Origin: Dehalococcoidia bacterium
Lineage (GTDB): Bacteria > Chloroflexota > Dehalococcoidia > GIF9 > UBA5629
NCBI GenBank assembly: GCA_050011565.1
Contig: JBEKIW010000003.1
Coordinates: forward strand, 160,001-224,000
Length of the DNA: 64,000 nt
Direction: 5' to 3'
The notes beneath the pieces were generated by a model that did no database searches, had not been told where the DNA came from, and worked only from the letters and a program-made list of their open reading frames with translations. Shown one piece after another: positions 59,193 to 64,000 of the stretch (positions are counted from its first letter, which is position 1; each line of letters begins with the position of its first letter). The position numbers and the translations under genes are program-made.

Positions 59193-62100
59193 ATGAAAAC
59201 GAAATATCCTAAACTATTCGGTCTCCTGGCGATGCTGATGCTGGTAGCCAGCTTCGTGGTGCCGACCAGTTTGGTCAACCCATCAGCAGTTCAGGCTGAC
59301 CCCGGCATGTGCAAATGGGATAACTTGGCGGAACCGGGATCAGCGCCCGTACTGAACAACATCACTCCCAATGAAATACTCGACTACTCTATCGCCAGTG
59401 ACGGGACCAACATGAGCGCCATAGTACGTATACCCAGCACTGCATTGGGAGGGGTAAACGTACTGATGAATTCACCGGCGTATACGGGTCTGTTCTGGTC
59501 ACTCGCCAAATACCCCGATCTGGCCGGGACGCCTGGCTTTTACGTGGGAGCCGTCCCACGCATGCTGTACCAGGTAATCTATGCCCCGGACGACCCCAAC
59601 TTCTTCGCTGTGACCAGCGATGGTTCAGCTGCTGCAGACTTATTCAAAGGCCCTAAAGAGGTGTGGGTCACGCGGAACAATGGCGGTACCTGGGAAAACG
59701 CCCAACTGCAGGGCAAACTGACAGCAGTAGGTGAGACCATCCGCTGCATCGACGTCTCAGTCGATTACGGCGGCAGGCGCGATATCGTCGTCGGTACGGT
59801 AAATGGTGCCGGCGCCGGCAAGCTCATAGTAGTTAAGTCAACCGGCTTCAGCGGCTGGGTGACACAGGTTACCACTGCTCTGGGCACTGTCGATTTCTTT
59901 GCCGCTAAGTTCTCGCCGAGCTATCCCAGCGATGGTTCGCTAGCGGTCGTCTTCGCTGACCTTACCAAGACTTATTACAACGTCGCCCTGCGCGACCTCG
60001 ATGCTAACACGATTATTAGCTGGGCATTCACCACGCCGGGCGTGGAAGTTGTAGACCCCACTAAGGCCGGCACGTCACCCGGTTATCTCGAGCTGAACAA
60101 GGCCGACCTTGAGCTGCCCTCCGACTTCTCGGGTCAGGCGGCATCACTGCGCCGCGCCTACATCAGCCTCGACACCTATAACTGTGGCGCAGCTAAGGCT
60201 GCCTGGGACGGTATCGTCCGCATAGACGACACTACCGTCTATGTCCTCATGGACACCTCAGGCATGCCCGACAAGTCCATTTACAGCATCGCCTACTTCG
60301 GCACCTATGCCTCAGGCAAGCTGCTGGCCGGCGAGCGAATGGGCTATCCGTGTGATGCAACCGTGCCCACGTGGTTTACCGATTCACCGACAACCTGCCC
60401 CGTCCCCTGCTGGTATCCGTGCCTTAAATGTCCTACCGGCGCTGCCTGCGGTGCTGGTGCCTGCAACTGCCCTGGCCTTTTCAACTGCGCACCAGGGTCC
60501 AAGACTGGCGTCGGTGCTGCTCTCGTTGCGTGGAGGCCTAACGGCCAGCTGGCATTCGTCGGCACCGGCGGGCTAGCCGCTGCTATGGGCGCAACCTGGT
60601 GGAGGTGCTTGTCGACTGGTGCCGTAACACCATGCGACGAGTCTGCCTTTGCCATCAGCCGCAACAACGGTGAGACCTGGAACGAGGTTGCACTCATCGA
60701 TACTAAGATAACCAAGTTTACCGATGTAGCGCCCTCGGCTGACTGCCAGACCGTTTACCTGGCTTCGGTCAACACAGGCTGCACGATCACTACTGGCGGG
60801 TGCATCTTTAAGCAACAAATACAATGTGACAACTCTACACTACCTTTACCTACTTTTAAGGACCTCGGGCAATTAGGTGGAGGTTACCCAAATTCGGCTA
60901 ATTGCACCGGCTGCGGTTATAATACCTATACCATCCTGTCGATGGCTACTGGCGGGTGGAACCCGGTTACCTGCAAGTGCGATTACACCATTAGTGGTAA
61001 CATCACATTTGACATGCCCTGTGCTCCGGGCTGCTGGACGGTCGTCCCGTTCTCCACTTCGGGCTCAATGCCCTGTGCCACATCGACAAATATCACTGTC
61101 ACCTTACCCTGCCAAGCCAGTATCTGCTGCCCTACTACTATTACTGAGGGTTGCTGCGGCTTCGACAGCGTGTGGCGCACCAGCAGCAATGCTGACGTGG
61201 TGGCACCTATTGCCAATCTGCCCGTAGGCACGATCTGGGAGAGGGTATGGACCCACGTAACTGCAGCAAATTGCAATTTACCACAGTCAAACGTGGCGCT
61301 GTTGAGGTTGGTGCCTTATTGCGCCGACCCGACCGGCGAAATAGTCGGCTGGGGCGTTTACGGTAAAAATGTAGCCTTCTGGTCGCCTGACTTCGGTGAT
61401 TACTGGGCTCCGATAACGGTGCGGAATACTATCCAAGACTTCACCTTTGAGTCCAGGACAATGCTGTACTTCCTCAGCCCCACCGGTCTGGTTCAGAAGA
61501 TGCCGTTCACCGGCACCTCCTGGTCAACCTCTCTGCCTAGCTATGATTCAAGTACAAACCCGGCTCATAGCATCGCCGCTCAGCCAACAGGCAAAGTCCT
61601 GGTTGGCAAGGGTGACGGAGGCGCGTATGCCGGTGCATTCAGCTTTAACATGGACACCGATAACCCGACGTTCGGGTCATGGTTAACAGCTGGACCCATA
61701 CTGGGTGGCGCTGTACATGTCGCCTTCGATCCTAACTTCGATGACAACAGCATCATCTATCTCGACCAAGAAGGTCCTGGTGGCTCGGTGTATCGAAACA
61801 ACCCCACATCGCAGCTAAGATGGACAGATATGGACATGCTGGCTGCTGCTAACGGCGCTGTTGGCTGCCTCCCTCTCAACCCTGCCTCAGGCTTTAGCGG
61901 TATATTTCTCGCCTACACCGGCCAAGCTCTGTACGCATCCAGCCAAGTTCCAGGCTGGGGTGTCTTCCGCATCATCGATGACGGCACCGGCAAATACGGT
62001 CCGCTCTCCGGCTTCCCCAAGCCGGGCATCGCCTGGGATCAGCTAACCGGAGTAGGACTTCCCGTCGATGTGGTATTCACAGCTCAGCCTACTGCACTCA

Positions 62101-63056
62101 AGGCATGCGGCTGCTGCACCCTGGACACCGATACCACGCTGTATGCCATTGACGACAGGCCTTACGGAGGGCCCCTTACGAATGTTGGCAAGATCTGGAG
62201 GTTCACCGACTGCCTGGCCAAGAGAGGCCCAAGCCTGGTTACCGAGGATAAGGTTCTCATTGGCTGCGACCCGGTATCCGGCAGGGCTGGTGAAGTCAAC
62301 CTGTGCTGGGAGCAACTCTGCGTGGCTAACGGGTACGATATCGAAGTCGCTAAGGATGCCAACTTCACCATTAGAGTTTTAGACTGGATGGACGAAGGAT
62401 GTACCATTAGCCCATTCGAGCCCGCTGATGTGACCACTCCTTGCGCCTATGTACCGGCTGGCGGCATAGTCTCGGGCAGCTCCGCGATTGGTAGCACCTA
62501 TTTCTACACGGGCAACCTCGAATGCGGACACACGTACTACTTCCGTGTCAGGGCTCGCGAGTGCGCCACTGGCGCGTTTGCCCGCAGCCCGTGGTCTGAG
62601 GTCAGAAGCTTCACCGTCAAGGCTGGCTACCCAGTTGTCAGCCAGTACCCTGGCCTGCAACTTCTGGCACCAGCCAACGGCAGCCTGGGCATCCCGGTCA
62701 AGTCAGTATCCTTCTCGTGGTCACCGTTTGGGGATGCCACGAAGTACAAGTTCGTACTGGCTAAGGACTCGAACATGACCCAGGTCGTCAAAGAGGCTGA
62801 GACTACCAACACCGCCTACGGGTACGATGGTACGCTGGACTACAGCACCAACTACTTCTGGCGAGTAATGGCTACCGAACCAGCTCCGAGCGATTGGTCA
62901 GCTACCTTCAGCTTCCAGACGGAGCCGCAACCTGCGCCTCCATCGGAAAAAGCACCAGTAGCTCCAACCCCAATTTGGGTTTGGGTTGTTATCGCTATCG
63001 GCGCTATTCTCGTCATCGTCACCCTGGTACTCATCTTCAAGACGCGCCGGGTGTGA
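59193..63056 (+). CDS. S-layer/cell-wall-like protein, Cys-rich (1287 aa)
   Basis: AGGAGG RBS, signal peptide, BNR/Asp-box motifs (TRNNGGTW, SRNNGETW, SPDFGDYW), FN3-like domains, TPIWVWVVIAIGAILVIV...KTRRV anchor. Confidence 0.85.
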   Translation: MKTKYPKLFGLLAMLMLVASFVVPTSLVNPSAVQADPGMCKWDNLAEPGSAPVLNNITPNEILDYSIASDGTNMSAIVRIPSTALGGVNVLMNSPAYTGLFWSLAKYPDLAGTPGFYVGAVPRMLYQVIYAPDDPNFFAVTSDGSAAADLFKGPKEVWVTRNNGGTWENAQLQGKLTAVGETIRCIDVSVDYGGRRDIVVGTVNGAGAGKLIVVKSTGFSGWVTQVTTALGTVDFFAAKFSPSYPSDGSLAVVFADLTKTYYNVALRDLDANTIISWAFTTPGVEVVDPTKAGTSPGYLELNKADLELPSDFSGQAASLRRAYISLDTYNCGAAKAAWDGIVRIDDTTVYVLMDTSGMPDKSIYSIAYFGTYASGKLLAGERMGYPCDATVPTWFTDSPTTCPVPCWYPCLKCPTGAACGAGACNCPGLFNCAPGSKTGVGAALVAWRPNGQLAFVGTGGLAAAMGATWWRCLSTGAVTPCDESAFAISRNNGETWNEVALIDTKITKFTDVAPSADCQTVYLASVNTGCTITTGGCIFKQQIQCDNSTLPLPTFKDLGQLGGGYPNSANCTGCGYNTYTILSMATGGWNPVTCKCDYTISGNITFDMPCAPGCWTVVPFSTSGSMPCATSTNITVTLPCQASICCPTTITEGCCGFDSVWRTSSNADVVAPIANLPVGTIWERVWTHVTAANCNLPQSNVALLRLVPYCADPTGEIVGWGVYGKNVAFWSPDFGDYWAPITVRNTIQDFTFESRTMLYFLSPTGLVQKMPFTGTSWSTSLPSYDSSTNPAHSIAAQPTGKVLVGKGDGGAYAGAFSFNMDTDNPTFGSWLTAGPILGGAVHVAFDPNFDDNSIIYLDQEGPGGSVYRNNPTSQLRWTDMDMLAAANGAVGCLPLNPASGFSGIFLAYTGQALYASSQVPGWGVFRIIDDGTGKYGPLSGFPKPGIAWDQLTGVGLPVDVVFTAQPTALKACGCCTLDTDTTLYAIDDRPYGGPLTNVGKIWRFTDCLAKRGPSLVTEDKVLIGCDPVSGRAGEVNLCWEQLCVANGYDIEVAKDANFTIRVLDWMDEGCTISPFEPADVTTPCAYVPAGGIVSGSSAIGSTYFYTGNLECGHTYYFRVRARECATGAFARSPWSEVRSFTVKAGYPVVSQYPGLQLLAPANGSLGIPVKSVSFSWSPFGDATKYKFVLAKDSNMTQVVKEAETTNTAYGYDGTLDYSTNYFWRVMATEPAPSDWSATFSFQTEPQPAPPSEKAPVAPTPIWVWVVIAIGAILVIVTLVLIFKTRRV

Positions 63057-63080
63057 TCCTTACCTGCTTGAGATAAGCAA

Positions 63081-63117
63081 AAAGGGAGGTGGCATAAGCC
63101 ACCTCCCTTTCTTATTT
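63081..63117 (+). terminator. Intrinsic terminator
   Basis: AAAGGGAGGTGGC-ATAA-GCCACCTCCCTTT followed by a T-rich tail. Confidence 0.85.
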
Positions 63118-63544
63118 CCGCCGATATCGCATAGATTGGTGCATCTGCTCTCGTGTCACCGCAACATGTAGCCTCGACCTTCCCATCGGCGATATCCCCG
63201 TAACCTTCATAATCGATGTAATCCTCATAGGGCAAATTTGCGATCGAGGGCCTTACGTCGGCAATATTACGATGACGGTATATGATTTCAATAGGCGGCG
63301 CATCTGAAAACCGCTGAGGATGACGTAACGGTACTAAAGTTCGTTGAATTCCAGGACTAAAGTATCGTCTACGGATAAACAAATCCACACCATATTCCGT
63401 TATCCTATTTAGGGATTGACAAGATTACGGTCATACTAAAAGGAGGTGATATTTTTTTGCAGGTAAGAGTTTCGGCTTAAAGGCAGGGTTTCCACCGCAT
63501 CAATGTAGGCTAAACGGAAATAATATTAATAAATGGAGGTGAAT

Positions 63545-64000
63545 ATGAATACGCAAAAATGGTTTCTTGTCTTAATCGCCATATCGTTGTTAGCGCTGAT
63601 TGGCTCCGCCGCCGGCTGCGGTGCAGCGGCACCGGCAACATCGGCTGCCATGCCAACCATCAGCTCCTTTGGCGCCAGCCCGCCGAGCATCAATCAGGGG
63701 CAGCAGACCACGCTTAGCTGGAACGTATCCGGTGCCACCACGCTTACCATACAGCCCGATATCGGTAGTGTAGGCCCATCAGGTTCGCTTACGCTGACCC
63801 CCAATGCTACTATCAGCTACACACTGACAGCCAGCAACGAGGCCGGTAGCACCACCGGTTCTGCTACCGTAAACGTGACGCCGGTGGTCGCCGGTAAGCC
63901 TGATCTGGTCATTACAGATTTCTATCTCATGTCCAGTCAGGTCTATTACGTAATAAAGAATCAGGGTAATGCCGAGGCGCAACCAACACAGACAGATTTT
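63545..64000 (+). CDS. Lipoprotein with Ig-like and CARDB-like domains (3' truncated by window)
   Basis: GGAGGTGA RBS, lipobox SAAG-C, PTISSFGASP..TLSWNVSGA, KPDLVITD..IKNQG. Confidence 0.8.
   Translation, partial: MNTQKWFLVLIAISLLALIGSAAGCGAAAPATSAAMPTISSFGASPPSINQGQQTTLSWNVSGATTLTIQPDIGSVGPSGSLTLTPNATISYTLTASNEAGSTTGSATVNVTPVVAGKPDLVITDFYLMSSQVYYVIKNQGNAEAQPTQTDF

Noticed and set aside
62852-63388. 178-aa minus-strand ORF
   Set aside because: It runs through a REP half-site, the terminator and the S-layer 3' end; at most a fragment I cannot assign.

Overview
Bacterial chromosome segment, most likely Dehalococcoidia (Chloroflexota); this is inferred from gene content and the S-layer-type C-terminal anchor. 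(1) 1-21.8 kb: a nitrogen-assimilation supercluster with hisH/hisF interleaved among split archaeal-type glutamate synthase subunits, two NrpR repressors, an atypical OmpR/GlnR-like regulator with matching 11-bp-periodic boxes upstream of two amt paralogues, glnK, two glnA, nadE and carAB. (2) 21.9-24.7 kb: tRNA-Thr(CGT) with a decayed island (integrase and DUF3494 relics, small membrane proteins). (3) 24.8-49.5 kb: housekeeping genes (rluB-like, rpsU, purQL, serA/serC, tyrS, ribF, aroF/aroH, meaB), plus a small cassette flanked by a duplicated gene 3' end. (4) 49.6-57.1 kb: a headless phage-tail-like operon behind a LexA-box promoter, interrupted by a 2065-bp IS1595-family element whose two genes are almost entirely stop-free on the antisense strand. 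(5) 57.2-64 kb: cell-surface genes, namely a secreted protein with an in-frame TGA plus SECIS-like hairpin (candidate selenoprotein), a very Cys-rich S-layer-like protein with a long structured leader, and a lipoprotein. All calls were made by eye from motifs; no database searches were run.
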